DNA of 64,000 bases, taken from positions 3,513 through 67,512 of IMG/VR virus record IMGVR_UViG_3300029985_000042, one strand, 5' to 3'. A model generated the notes under the pieces. That model had not been told where the DNA came from. It did no database searches and worked only from the letters and a program-made list of their open reading frames with translations. The stretch is from a virus. The position numbers and the translations under genes were made by a program. Shown here piece by piece: positions 19,148 to 29,252 of this stretch. Numbering within the stretch: the first letter of the stretch is position 1; every line of letters starts with the position of its first letter.

Positions 19148-20782
19148 ATGATACCAGAACCTAAAAAACAATTGACCCAGAAGGAACTTTTAATATCAGA
19201 ATACAAGAAATGTGCCGCATCTCCCATATATTTCATGAAGAAGTATATTAAAATTCAACATCAATTAAAAGGGACGATAAATTTTAACTTATTCCCATTT
19301 CAGGAAGATACTTTACAACAATTAGCGGATAATAAATTTAATATTATTTTAAAATCAAGACAGATGGGGATTTCAACGTTGGTGGCGGCATATGCATTAT
19401 GGATAATGATATTTAATAGTGATAAAAATATTCTTATCATTTCAATCAAAGAGGCAACATCTAAAGAATTAATATCTAAAGTAAGATTTGCTAATGACCA
19501 CTTGCCATCATGGTTGAAAATACAATGTGAAGAAGACAATAAACTATCTTTAAAATTCAAAAATGGGTCAAACATCCGAGCCGTATCATCAAGTGGCGAT
19601 GCTGGACGTTCTATGGCAGTATATTTATTGATAATAGATGAGGCGGGATTTATCGATGGAATTTCTGATATTTGGGCATCTTCATGGAGCACGTTGTCAA
19701 CGGGTGGTAATGCGGTATTATTATCGACTCCAAATGGAATTGGTAATTGGTTTCATAAAATGTGGGTTGACGCCGAAAATAAGACCAATAGTTTTAATTC
19801 AATCCGATTAAAGTGGGACTTGCATCCGGAAAGAACTCAAACATGGAGAGACGCTCAAACTAAAGAATTGGGAGCAGCATTAGCCGGACAGGAGTGTGAC
19901 ACGGATTTCTTGGCTTCTGGAAATAATGTGATTAATTTAGAAACTATTGATTTTTATAAAGAAACATATAAGACAGAACCAGTTGAGTGTCGTGAATTGG
20001 ATAGAGCACTTTGGATTTGGCAATATCCAGACTATAATAATACATATATAATATCAGCAGATACAAGCCGTGGGGACGGTGGAGATTATCAGGCATGTCA
20101 TGTCTTAGATGCTGTTACATTGGAACAATGTGCTGAATATAAGGGTCAAATATCAACTAAAGAATATGGAAATTTGTTATGTTCGTTGGGAAATTATTAC
20201 AATAACGCATTATTGGTAATTGAACGAGAAAATACAGGCTGGGCAGTTATTCAACAAGTAATAGATAGAGATTATCCGAACTTGTTTTATATGACGAAGG
20301 ATTTAAAATACGTAGACCCCGAAACTCAAGTATCCAATAATTTTTATTCGGAGGAAAAAAAGGCAACTCCCGGATTTTCAACTACCATGAAAACTCGTCC
20401 AATTATTATTGATAATTTTATCAAATATATGAATGAACGAGAATTAAAGATACGGTCTAGTAGAACGTTGGCTGAAATGGAAACGTTTATTTGGAAAAAT
20501 TTTAAGCCACAAGCCATGCAAGGGTATAATGACGATTTAATTATAAGTTTATGTATTGGACTTTGGATACGTGATACCGCACTCAAATTAAGACAACAAG
20601 GAATTGATTTAACAAAAGCGTCATTATCACATATAAATAAAACCAAGCTGGATACTACTCCCGTATTTAAAGCACAAGCAAGAAATACTGCCCAACAGTC
20701 GTGGGAAATGTCAACTGGAAAATTGCCAAATCGACCGTTAGACGGAACTAATATGGAATCATTGCGGTGGCTCTTAGGTTAA
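19148..20782 (+). CDS. terL: Terminase large subunit (T4 gp17-like)
   Basis: FPFQ; KSRQMGIST Walker A; LLIIDEAGF Walker B; STPNG; ISADTSRG and NDDL nuclease motifs. Confidence 0.95.
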   Translation: MIPEPKKQLTQKELLISEYKKCAASPIYFMKKYIKIQHQLKGTINFNLFPFQEDTLQQLADNKFNIILKSRQMGISTLVAAYALWIMIFNSDKNILIISIKEATSKELISKVRFANDHLPSWLKIQCEEDNKLSLKFKNGSNIRAVSSSGDAGRSMAVYLLIIDEAGFIDGISDIWASSWSTLSTGGNAVLLSTPNGIGNWFHKMWVDAENKTNSFNSIRLKWDLHPERTQTWRDAQTKELGAALAGQECDTDFLASGNNVINLETIDFYKETYKTEPVECRELDRALWIWQYPDYNNTYIISADTSRGDGGDYQACHVLDAVTLEQCAEYKGQISTKEYGNLLCSLGNYYNNALLVIERENTGWAVIQQVIDRDYPNLFYMTKDLKYVDPETQVSNNFYSEEKKATPGFSTTMKTRPIIIDNFIKYMNERELKIRSSRTLAEMETFIWKNFKPQAMQGYNDDLIISLCIGLWIRDTALKLRQQGIDLTKASLSHINKTKLDTTPVFKAQARNTAQQSWEMSTGKLPNRPLDGTNMESLRWLLG

Positions 20783-20826
20783 AAGAAATAGCAATTAATC
20801 AACAAAAACAATATATTTATTATAAT

Positions 20827-23800
20827 ATGGCATTAAATACAAACCAACAGATGAGCGATGATATTCTTGATATTAAGAAACAGTCATTATATGCAAGATT
20901 AAAGACGTTATTTTCATCAGATACGATTGTTCGTAATGTCGGTGGGAAAAAGTTATTAGTTAAGGATACCGACCATTCTCAAATGGCAACGGATAGGAAT
21001 TCTTTACGAGATAGATTTAATAGAATTCGTTCCACGGCATATAATGCATATACCCGTGACTTTACATTATCATATCAAGCGGCAAGAATGGATTTGTTTC
21101 GTGATTATGATTGTGTAGGTCCCGATACTATAATTCCATTACCTGATGGGTCTAAACCAACAATTAAAGAATTAACGGAAAAATATAAAGATAAGCCCCA
21201 AGAGAGATTTAACGTATTCTCGTATGACCACGTTTCTAAATCAATAAAGATTGGGAAAGCATTTCATCCTAGATTAAAGGGTCCTCGTGAGGGGTGGAAG
21301 GTTACATTTGACAATGGACAGTTTGTTATTGGTAGTGAACGTCATCCATTTATGATGAGAAATGGAGAATATAAGTTAGTCAAGGAATTAAAAGTTGGAG
21401 AATCGGTCATGCCATTCTATCAATTTGAATATGGATATAAAAATCATGGATTTAAACGATATCGCCGACTATATAACTTCAGTAAAGGGTGGCAATCGGA
21501 GCATAAGATTGTGGCTGAACAGTTTAATAGAAAATTAGAAAAAAATGAAGTTGTTCATCATAAAAATTTTAATGGAGCCGACAATTCTCCTGAAAATTTA
21601 GAAATAATGGACTGGAAAGAACATAAAGCGTTTCATTCTAAGCATAACAAAGAAGTATTGTGGGGCAGCGAGAATTACGATATCCAACTTAAAAAATTAA
21701 AGGAAAATCCAAATTATATAAATCGAAAGATTCATCATTGGAACGGGGAAAGATTGGGAGAAAACAACCCATTTTATGGTAAAATACATTCTAATGAGTC
21801 AAATATTCTTAGGTCAAATTCCTTAAAAGAAGCATATAAAGATAGAGACCAAACAGTTGATAAAAATCCAAATTTTAGAACTGATTTAACAATTGACGTA
21901 TTAAAAATTAAAGCTACCGAATATTATAAAGAGAACGGAGAACTTTATATTTGGAAATTAGTTGACAGTATTGGATGTGATTATTCAACTATTCAATCTA
22001 GATTAAAATATAATAACTATACACGGAACACTTTTAAAGAAGAAATTACATCAACGTTAAATCATAAAATAGTATCGATAGAATCTGTGGGGATGATTGA
22101 CGTATATGATGTTACAGTCGACAAATATCACAATTTTGCAACTGATAGTTGCTTCGTGAGTAATACGATGGATATGGACCCAATCCTATCAAGTGCGCTT
22201 GATATTTACGCCGATGAAACGGTGACTATGAATGAAATGGGTAAGATTGTAACTGTTCATTGCGAAAACAATAATATAAAAGAAATATTAACCAACTTAT
22301 ATGAAGAAATATTACACGTTGATTTTAATTTGTGGTCATGGACTAGAAACATGTGCAAATATGGAGATTTCTATCTAAAGATTTATACCAATCCAGAATA
22401 TGGGGTATACATGGTTGAGCCAATATCGGCATATAACGTTGAACGAATTGAAAATTCAGACCCATATAATAAGAAGTATGTGAAGTTCCAAATTCGACCA
22501 ACTGATACATCCCAAGCCGAAGTCCTCGAAAGATATCAGATGTCGCATTTTAGGTTGTTGAGTGACAGTAATTTTTTGCCGTATGGTAAGGGAGTAATTG
22601 AGGGTGCTAGACGAGTATGGAAACAATTGTCGCTATTGGAAGACGCTATGTTAATCCATCGTGTCGTCCGTGCTCCAGAGCGTCGTATTTTTTATACCGA
22701 CATCGGAAATATCCCACCGGCTGAAGTTGATAATTACATGCAGAAGCTGATGGATAAGATGAAAAAGGTTCCATACATGGACGAACGCACGGGTGAATAT
22801 AACTTAAGATATAATCTTCAAAACATGCTAGATGATTATTATATCCCAGTTCGTGGTGGCGACTCCGGAACTAAAATTGATACTTTGTCGGGAATGGAGT
22901 GGACGGGAATTGACGACGTTGACTATGTCAAGAATAAAATGTTTGCGGCACTCAAAATTCCAAAGGCATTTTTGAGTTTTGACGAGGCTGCCGGCGGGAA
23001 GGCAACATTAAGTCAGGAAGATTTGAGGTTTGCTAGAACTATTCAACGAATTCAGAAGATAATCGCAAGCGAGCTTGAAAACGTTGGTATTATACATTTA
23101 TATGCTCAGGGATATCGAGACGAAAGTTTAATAGATTTTAAACTTGAACTAACTAATTCAAGCACTATATTCGAGAAAGAAAAAATTGAGATATGGGCGG
23201 ATAAAACTGATTTGGCATCTAACATGATGGATAACAAAGTATTTCCCCGTGAATGGATATACAAAAATGTGTTCAAAATGTCTGATGATGATACTGAAAA
23301 AGTAATGAAGGGATTAGTTGAAGATTCCAAGCAGAAATATAGGCTGGAGTCTATCGAAACTGAAGGAGATGACCCAGCGAAGCCGTTTAAGAAAATTGGT
23401 GGTGCTGGTGGTGCTGGTGGTGAACATGGCGATAAGGGAGGTCATGGAGGCGGTGGCGGTGGTGGCTTGGGAGACTTAGGAGGTCTTGGCGGAGATACCG
23501 AAGCGGAACCGGATGGGGAGGAGACGCCAGAAGGTGAAGTTAATAAGAAGGGGATACCAGAGGAACCTGTCGATGGTAAACCAGAGGATATAGTAAAAGA
23601 AGAAAGAGACCAATCAGGAGAACACGACGCCGGAGACCATCCATTTGGCGAGGACCCGCTCGGACACAATGAATTGAGTAGGAAGCCTAGAAATAATAGT
23701 GAAGGCAAGCGAAAGAGTGTATTGTATCATAATTTTGAGAATGACTCTCCATTTTCACTTGAAGAAATAAAAGGTCAATTGAAGCCTGATTTATCCAATA

Positions 23801-23934
23801 AAAAAAATAAGAATGACCTCATTACCATGCTAGGAGAATTCTTCGTTGATAATAAGATAAATACAGCGGAAAATTTAATAGTCGAAAACACCACAACCTC
23901 ATCATTAATGGATGAAAAAAACATAAAAGAGTAA
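20827..23934 (+). CDS. gp20: Portal protein (T4 gp20-like) with intein and Gly/Glu-rich C-terminal extension
   Basis: DPILSSALDIYADE; LLEDAMLIHRVVRAPERRIFY; DDYYIPVRGG; ALKIPK. ATG 20827 follows the late motif at 20813. Confidence 0.93.
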   Translation: MALNTNQQMSDDILDIKKQSLYARLKTLFSSDTIVRNVGGKKLLVKDTDHSQMATDRNSLRDRFNRIRSTAYNAYTRDFTLSYQAARMDLFRDYDCVGPDTIIPLPDGSKPTIKELTEKYKDKPQERFNVFSYDHVSKSIKIGKAFHPRLKGPREGWKVTFDNGQFVIGSERHPFMMRNGEYKLVKELKVGESVMPFYQFEYGYKNHGFKRYRRLYNFSKGWQSEHKIVAEQFNRKLEKNEVVHHKNFNGADNSPENLEIMDWKEHKAFHSKHNKEVLWGSENYDIQLKKLKENPNYINRKIHHWNGERLGENNPFYGKIHSNESNILRSNSLKEAYKDRDQTVDKNPNFRTDLTIDVLKIKATEYYKENGELYIWKLVDSIGCDYSTIQSRLKYNNYTRNTFKEEITSTLNHKIVSIESVGMIDVYDVTVDKYHNFATDSCFVSNTMDMDPILSSALDIYADETVTMNEMGKIVTVHCENNNIKEILTNLYEEILHVDFNLWSWTRNMCKYGDFYLKIYTNPEYGVYMVEPISAYNVERIENSDPYNKKYVKFQIRPTDTSQAEVLERYQMSHFRLLSDSNFLPYGKGVIEGARRVWKQLSLLEDAMLIHRVVRAPERRIFYTDIGNIPPAEVDNYMQKLMDKMKKVPYMDERTGEYNLRYNLQNMLDDYYIPVRGGDSGTKIDTLSGMEWTGIDDVDYVKNKMFAALKIPKAFLSFDEAAGGKATLSQEDLRFARTIQRIQKIIASELENVGIIHLYAQGYRDESLIDFKLELTNSSTIFEKEKIEIWADKTDLASNMMDNKVFPREWIYKNVFKMSDDDTEKVMKGLVEDSKQKYRLESIETEGDDPAKPFKKIGGAGGAGGEHGDKGGHGGGGGGGLGDLGGLGGDTEAEPDGEETPEGEVNKKGIPEEPVDGKPEDIVKEERDQSGEHDAGDHPFGEDPLGHNELSRKPRNNSEGKRKSVLYHNFENDSPFSLEEIKGQLKPDLSNKKNKNDLITMLGEFFVDNKINTAENLIVENTTTSSLMDEKNIKE
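21112..22164 (+). mobile_element. Intein (351 aa) with HNH endonuclease and NUMOD3 in the portal gene
   Basis: Starts C-VGPDT; block B GSERHPF; HHKNFNGADNSPENL (HNH); GENNPFYGKIHS; VYDVTVDKYHNF...FVSN/T C-terminal junction. Confidence 0.9.
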
Positions 23935-23989
23935 TAATATATTATATTTTACTTACAAACTACTATATTTATATTTAATCATTGATATC

Positions 23990-24901
23990 ATGAACAAAAT
24001 TACCAATACTCAGAAGAGAATGCGCCACTCTAAATTTAAAAATACCGGTATTTTATTTGAGTTATTAACTAAACAAGTGACGGCAGACATCATTGCCGGT
24101 AAAAATTCATCGAAAGCATCCGTCATTCTCCATAAATTCTTCAATAAAGACACCGAAATGGGTAAAGAATGGCAATTATATAATAAGCTGTTAAATGAAA
24201 AGATTAAAACCGAACAATCCGCTGATAGATACTACTCGACAATTTTGGATATTCGCAAAAAATTAAACAACAATTCTTTGGCGGTGGAAAAATACGAATT
24301 AATTAAAGAAATTAAAAACGCATATCCCCTAGACCAGATGTTAAAAACACCGGTTAAGAATTATCGGATGTTGGCCTCTATATATAAGTTATTTGAGAAT
24401 ACTACTTCTTCAGATTTAAAATTTGAAATTGACGAAATTTATCAGGCAAAGACCGTCATCGTCGAACATCTAACGGACAAACCAAACCTCATAAAAGAGG
24501 ATGACCAATCCCTAACATATTATAAATCACAGACCGAAGACATTAGATTATTGACATATAAGTTATTGGCCGAAAAGTTAAACGAAAAATATGCCAGTGT
24601 ATTGGATGATGAGCAGAAAGTAATTTTAAAAGAATATATCTGCAACGTATCAAACACCAATAAATTCGATGTATTTGTGCGAGACCACATATCAAAAATT
24701 AAAACTAAATTGACAGAGGCGATTAATAATATTTCAAGTTCGGACGTGATTAAGATTAAGATTAAAGAGGTTGTTAACCAACTTGACAAAATTAATCCGG
24801 ATAAGGTAGTGAAGGACAATCATGTTACCGTATTGATGTTATCCTATGAATTATTGAAAGAAATAAATTCTCATTCTGAAAATAAAACGCTCATAAAATG
24901 A
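23990..24901 (+). CDS. Head-module hypothetical protein (helical)
   Basis: HSKFKNTGILFELL N-terminus; lies between portal and protease; late motif at 23965. Confidence 0.6.
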   Translation: MNKITNTQKRMRHSKFKNTGILFELLTKQVTADIIAGKNSSKASVILHKFFNKDTEMGKEWQLYNKLLNEKIKTEQSADRYYSTILDIRKKLNNNSLAVEKYELIKEIKNAYPLDQMLKTPVKNYRMLASIYKLFENTTSSDLKFEIDEIYQAKTVIVEHLTDKPNLIKEDDQSLTYYKSQTEDIRLLTYKLLAEKLNEKYASVLDDEQKVILKEYICNVSNTNKFDVFVRDHISKIKTKLTEAINNISSSDVIKIKIKEVVNQLDKINPDKVVKDNHVTVLMLSYELLKEINSHSENKTLIK

Positions 24902-25656
24902 ATTCAACTATAAAGAAATCTCAATTAGAAGAATTAGTTACTGCTATAACTAAAACTTTATTGCACGAAATTCGTGAAGGTAAAGAGGAGAGTTGGAGCG
25001 ATATGATGCAAAGAGTAGAAACTGACTATAACCGAAATATAAAAGACCCAGCATATACAAATTATAAAAGAACCGACCCACGGGACTCAACTGACCAAGA
25101 TGGCAATAAATTAGCGGTTCCTGTCGACGAGGAATCTACCGCATCAGCAGTCGCTCCGGTTAATGGTAAGTTGCCAATTAACAGACGAGTAATGGAAAAT
25201 GACAATCTCGTAATGCGGGGAACATTCGTCGACAGGGGGCAAGTAAAATTGGAAGGTGGAATCGGCCAGCAAGTAGCCGATAAAATTGCCAATTACCATT
25301 GGGATATTATGCAGTCGATGGGTAAAGATGACCGAGGAATATTTAATTATAAGACTCGTGGAGATAGATGGTGTTGCTCCGTAGGTTTACTAAAAGGAGA
25401 ACCTGCAATTTTAAGTATAACTACAACTCCCGGGAGATTAAACTTATTAATTGGAAATAAAGAAATATTTGGGAATAATACATTGGAAGAAATGTCTGAC
25501 TCTAGTGGTGCGGGGTCATATAACATTCCATCTGCATTTTCAAGGCGAGATGGTGGTAGTTCAAAGGCACTTGCCGGTTCAGAGGCACTCGGATACGAAT
25601 TAACTCCTCAAGGGCATAAAGATTTTGAAAGACATCCTGACGCCATGTTGGAATGA
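24898..25656 (+). CDS. Putative head-internal protein
   Basis: IKKSQLEELV...LLHE leader; internal VDEEST and LEEMSDSSGAGSY segments. Confidence 0.5.
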   Translation: MNSTIKKSQLEELVTAITKTLLHEIREGKEESWSDMMQRVETDYNRNIKDPAYTNYKRTDPRDSTDQDGNKLAVPVDEESTASAVAPVNGKLPINRRVMENDNLVMRGTFVDRGQVKLEGGIGQQVADKIANYHWDIMQSMGKDDRGIFNYKTRGDRWCCSVGLLKGEPAILSITTTPGRLNLLIGNKEIFGNNTLEEMSDSSGAGSYNIPSAFSRRDGGSSKALAGSEALGYELTPQGHKDFERHPDAMLE

Positions 25657-25657
25657 T

Positions 25658-26824
25658 ATGGATTATAAATCACACATTAAAGAATTTCATGATATAGACG
25701 ACTCTCCATATGGGAAGCAAGAAGAAATTTATTTGCCTGATGGTAGAGAATTTATTGTTGATAGATGGGATATGGTTGGGAATGATATACAATATCACAA
25801 TGTATATAATCTAAATGATTTTCAAGATGAGAATGGAAATAGAAAACTTAATCCAGTTCCAATCCAAGTAGACCAAGAGTTAGATGCTAAAATTATTGAT
25901 TATATATCTAAAACTCATAGATTAGCCATTGGAGACGATGACGAATTTGACCCTAACTATGCATCTAAGAGTTCAGTCGCTCCATTTGCTACTCGTCCAC
26001 CCCGTGGGAATTTGAACGAAATTAAACATATAAATCTTAAAAGATTAATTGAACAATTTGGGAATGAAGGACAATATTATAATTTGAACCAAGATTTTTC
26101 GGGATTTAACAATTCCATGGAAAGTTCAATCGAACAATTAAAACAAAAATTTCAAACGACCATTGGTGAGAAGTTGAATGGTAAACGAGTAATGGCAAAA
26201 GCATCTCGTGGATATAAGCAATATGTCAAGGACTATGAATTTGATGTTAATAAGGTTACAATCGATGACTATTATGATAATTATGTGGTGGTTGCCCATG
26301 ATATGCATACCGCCAAGCCGAAAGAGTATTTCTTAGACCCAAAATCTCAGATACGAATTATAGGACCGGCGACGGGACAACCATCTCCACAAAAAGGGGT
26401 AAATCCGGCACAGGTTGCGGGTAAAGAACAACCTCATCAACAACCAATCACACACCCTCCAGTCGCTACTGCTCCAATAAAGGAAGCCGGTAAAGATGAG
26501 GATAAACAGTATGCCGCATACCCAATTGACTCTATAGTTGAGGATATTGCCACGTGGGTTCCTTCATTGTTAAAAAAACCCAAGACTCAATTATTAGACT
26601 TTGTAAAGAAAATCGGATGGACTGACACCAAGGAGTCGGGCGTTATAGTCTCCGTATTTGAGATACATATTCCAACTTCGGATTTAAAGTATAAGCTCGA
26701 ACAACAATCACTTGAGAATTTTATACTTAATAGGGCAAAATCCTCATTAAAAATAATAGACTTAGAATTGGACAAGGCAAAGGGAGAGTATATTATTAAA
26801 ATAAAGAAGATATACCGAAAATAA
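25658..26824 (+). CDS. Putative head-internal modular protein
   Basis: ATG 25658 (MDYKSHIKE) follows the upstream stop; internal LNE-IKHINLKRLIE and IKE junctions. Confidence 0.5.
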   Translation: MDYKSHIKEFHDIDDSPYGKQEEIYLPDGREFIVDRWDMVGNDIQYHNVYNLNDFQDENGNRKLNPVPIQVDQELDAKIIDYISKTHRLAIGDDDEFDPNYASKSSVAPFATRPPRGNLNEIKHINLKRLIEQFGNEGQYYNLNQDFSGFNNSMESSIEQLKQKFQTTIGEKLNGKRVMAKASRGYKQYVKDYEFDVNKVTIDDYYDNYVVVAHDMHTAKPKEYFLDPKSQIRIIGPATGQPSPQKGVNPAQVAGKEQPHQQPITHPPVATAPIKEAGKDEDKQYAAYPIDSIVEDIATWVPSLLKKPKTQLLDFVKKIGWTDTKESGVIVSVFEIHIPTSDLKYKLEQQSLENFILNRAKSSLKIIDLELDKAKGEYIIKIKKIYRK

Positions 26825-26839
26825 GATATATTTATTAAT

Positions 26840-27460
26840 ATGAATATGAATGATAAAAAATTGTTAATGGAATGTATTACATTTGAGGCTGATACTACCA
26901 TGCTTACAGAGTCTCTCACGAACCCAAACAAACCGTTTAGAGTGCAGGGAATTATCCAGAGAAAAGGTCAAAAGAACCAAAATGGACGTATCTATCCTGA
27001 TGGAGTATTGGAAAGAAGTGTTGAAAAATATATGACTACGTTTATTAAAGACCGTAGGGCATTGGGAGAATTAGACCATCCAGACTCTGAAATTGTAAAC
27101 CTTAAAAACGTATCTCATAATATCGTTGAATTAAAATGGAATGGTGATGATTTGATTGGGGTAGCTGAAATTTTGACTACTCCTAGCGGGAATATTTTAA
27201 GAGAGTTATTCAAATGTGGCATTAAAGTTGGTATCTCTAGCCGAGGGACTGGCTCTGTTAAGAAAATTTCAGAATCAACTGTAATGGTCAATGATGATTT
27301 TGAATTAATAGCATTTGATTATGTTAGCAATCCTTCAACTCAAGGAGCATTTATGAGTCCAATAACTCCTATTAATGAAGGTGTCATAAGAAACCCGTTG
27401 ACCAATCAATGGATGAGAACTGACGAACTAATCCATAACATTCTTTCCGAACTTAATTAA
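26840..27460 (+). CDS. gp21: Prohead protease (T4 gp21-like)
   Basis: KNQNGRIYP; ALGELDHP; VSH; GISSRGTGS; FDYVSNPSTQGA. Confidence 0.93.
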   Translation: MNMNDKKLLMECITFEADTTMLTESLTNPNKPFRVQGIIQRKGQKNQNGRIYPDGVLERSVEKYMTTFIKDRRALGELDHPDSEIVNLKNVSHNIVELKWNGDDLIGVAEILTTPSGNILRELFKCGIKVGISSRGTGSVKKISESTVMVNDDFELIAFDYVSNPSTQGAFMSPITPINEGVIRNPLTNQWMRTDELIHNILSELN

Positions 27461-27541
27461 TCCGACACCAAAAATAATTTAAAATAAGTTGTATTCTTTT
27501 TGTTTTCTTATATAATTATATAACAAAGACAAAAGCTATAT

Positions 27542-29236
27542 ATGCAAATAAAAGAATGGATACTAAATAACTTATACAGTAATAATAAATTAATCTCCAA
27601 ACGGTGTAGATTGGAGTGGTTTCATAATAACCGGTATACGTCCAGATATGATGAAATTGTGATGAAGACCAACTTTCTAATGGATGAGAGTGTAACTTTG
27701 GGACAGAGGATTTGGCATATTATAAATAAAAAATATGAAATGCCAAAATGTTTAAACCCTGAATGTAACAATAACACTTCATTTATATGTTTGTCGATTG
27801 GATATTTAAATACCTGCTGCAATCGGTGTGCTCAAAAAAATCCAACTACAATATCAAAAATAAAATCTACAAACTTAAAAAAATATGGAACAGAATACGG
27901 GCTACAGTCTGAATATGTGAAGCAAGCTGGTAAATCTACATTATTGGATAAATATGGGGTTGATAATATATCTAAGGCAGATGGAATTTCTAATAAGAAA
28001 AAAGAAACATGTAGAAAAAACCATGGAGTTGATTGGATTGTTCAAAATAGAAAATTTATAGAAGATATAGTATTTGATAGATATGGCGTAAAAAACGTTC
28101 AACAAATTAAATCAATTGCAGATAAAAGAGTAACAACCCGTCGTAAGATATTTTATAATAGTTTGTTTACTGGAGATAGATTAAAATTACTAGCAACTCC
28201 GCTATTTACCGAAGAAGAATATATAACCTCCGGTCTGTTTAAAAAATATAACTTCAAATGTAATGTCTGTAATACCATATTTGAAGATTGTTTGGAAGAT
28301 GGGGATTTGCCAAGATGCACTGAATGTTATAAAGGAAGTTCTATATTTGAAAAAGAAGTTGGGGACTTTATAAAAACGTTTATATCTCCATCTGATATAA
28401 TAGAGAATGACAAAAAAATCCTTGGCGGATTGGAATTAGACTTATATATTCCGTCAAAAAATATTGCGATTGAATGTGATGGTTTATTTTGGCATGGGGA
28501 AATCGGTGGTGGTAAGACTAAGACATATCACATTACTAAGACCAATAAATGCGAAGTAAAAAATATTAGATTAATTCATATATTTGAAGATGAATGGGTT
28601 AATAATAAAGAATTAGTAAAATCCAAATTAAAACATATACTTGGAAGCAACGTATCTGCCAGAATTCATGCTAGAAAATGTATAATAAAAGAAATATCCG
28701 ATAATTCTTATGTTGATTTCGTAAATAAACACCACATTCAAGGAGCCGAAAAAACTTCATGTATTCGACTTGGAGCATATTATAACGATATATTAGTTGC
28801 AGTATCTACATTTGGAAAATTACGAAAGTGTCTTGGCCAAATATCTAAAGATAGAGAATATGAATTATATAGATTTTGTATCGACACATCTTATATTATA
28901 TCCGGTATCGGAGGTAAGTTAATGTCTCATTTTATACAAACATATAATCCATTAAAAATAACATCATATGCCGATAGACGCTGGACATCAACTAGTAAGA
29001 ACATATATTCCAAATTAGGATTTAAATTAGTGTCCAATACAGTCCCAAATTATTGGTATTTTGGAAAACGAAAAAATTATAAGAGATATCATAGATTTAA
29101 CTTTAGAAAAGACCAATTATCTGCCACATTACCAATATTCGACCCATCATTATCGGAATGGGAGAATATGAAAAATAATAAGTGGGATAGGATATGGGAT
29201 TGTGGAAATATTAAGTATGAATTGATTATTTCTTGA
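27542..29236 (+). CDS. Hef-like homing endonuclease (KYG repeats + Vsr-like domain + GNAT-like C-terminus)
   Basis: ELDLYIP...AIECDGLFWH...IHIFEDEW; ARKC; YELYRFC; SYADRRW; IWDCGN. Confidence 0.75.
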   Translation: MQIKEWILNNLYSNNKLISKRCRLEWFHNNRYTSRYDEIVMKTNFLMDESVTLGQRIWHIINKKYEMPKCLNPECNNNTSFICLSIGYLNTCCNRCAQKNPTTISKIKSTNLKKYGTEYGLQSEYVKQAGKSTLLDKYGVDNISKADGISNKKKETCRKNHGVDWIVQNRKFIEDIVFDRYGVKNVQQIKSIADKRVTTRRKIFYNSLFTGDRLKLLATPLFTEEEYITSGLFKKYNFKCNVCNTIFEDCLEDGDLPRCTECYKGSSIFEKEVGDFIKTFISPSDIIENDKKILGGLELDLYIPSKNIAIECDGLFWHGEIGGGKTKTYHITKTNKCEVKNIRLIHIFEDEWVNNKELVKSKLKHILGSNVSARIHARKCIIKEISDNSYVDFVNKHHIQGAEKTSCIRLGAYYNDILVAVSTFGKLRKCLGQISKDREYELYRFCIDTSYIISGIGGKLMSHFIQTYNPLKITSYADRRWTSTSKNIYSKLGFKLVSNTVPNYWYFGKRKNYKRYHRFNFRKDQLSATLPIFDPSLSEWENMKNNKWDRIWDCGNIKYELIIS

Positions 29237-29252
29237 TATTTATATTTATATT

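Noticed and set aside
19148-20782. Intron or intein in terminase (also checked primase and capsid)
   Set aside because: Motifs are contiguous and lengths are normal.
23398-23490. GGT/GGC-rich stretch
   Set aside because: Gly-rich portal tail, not a separate element.
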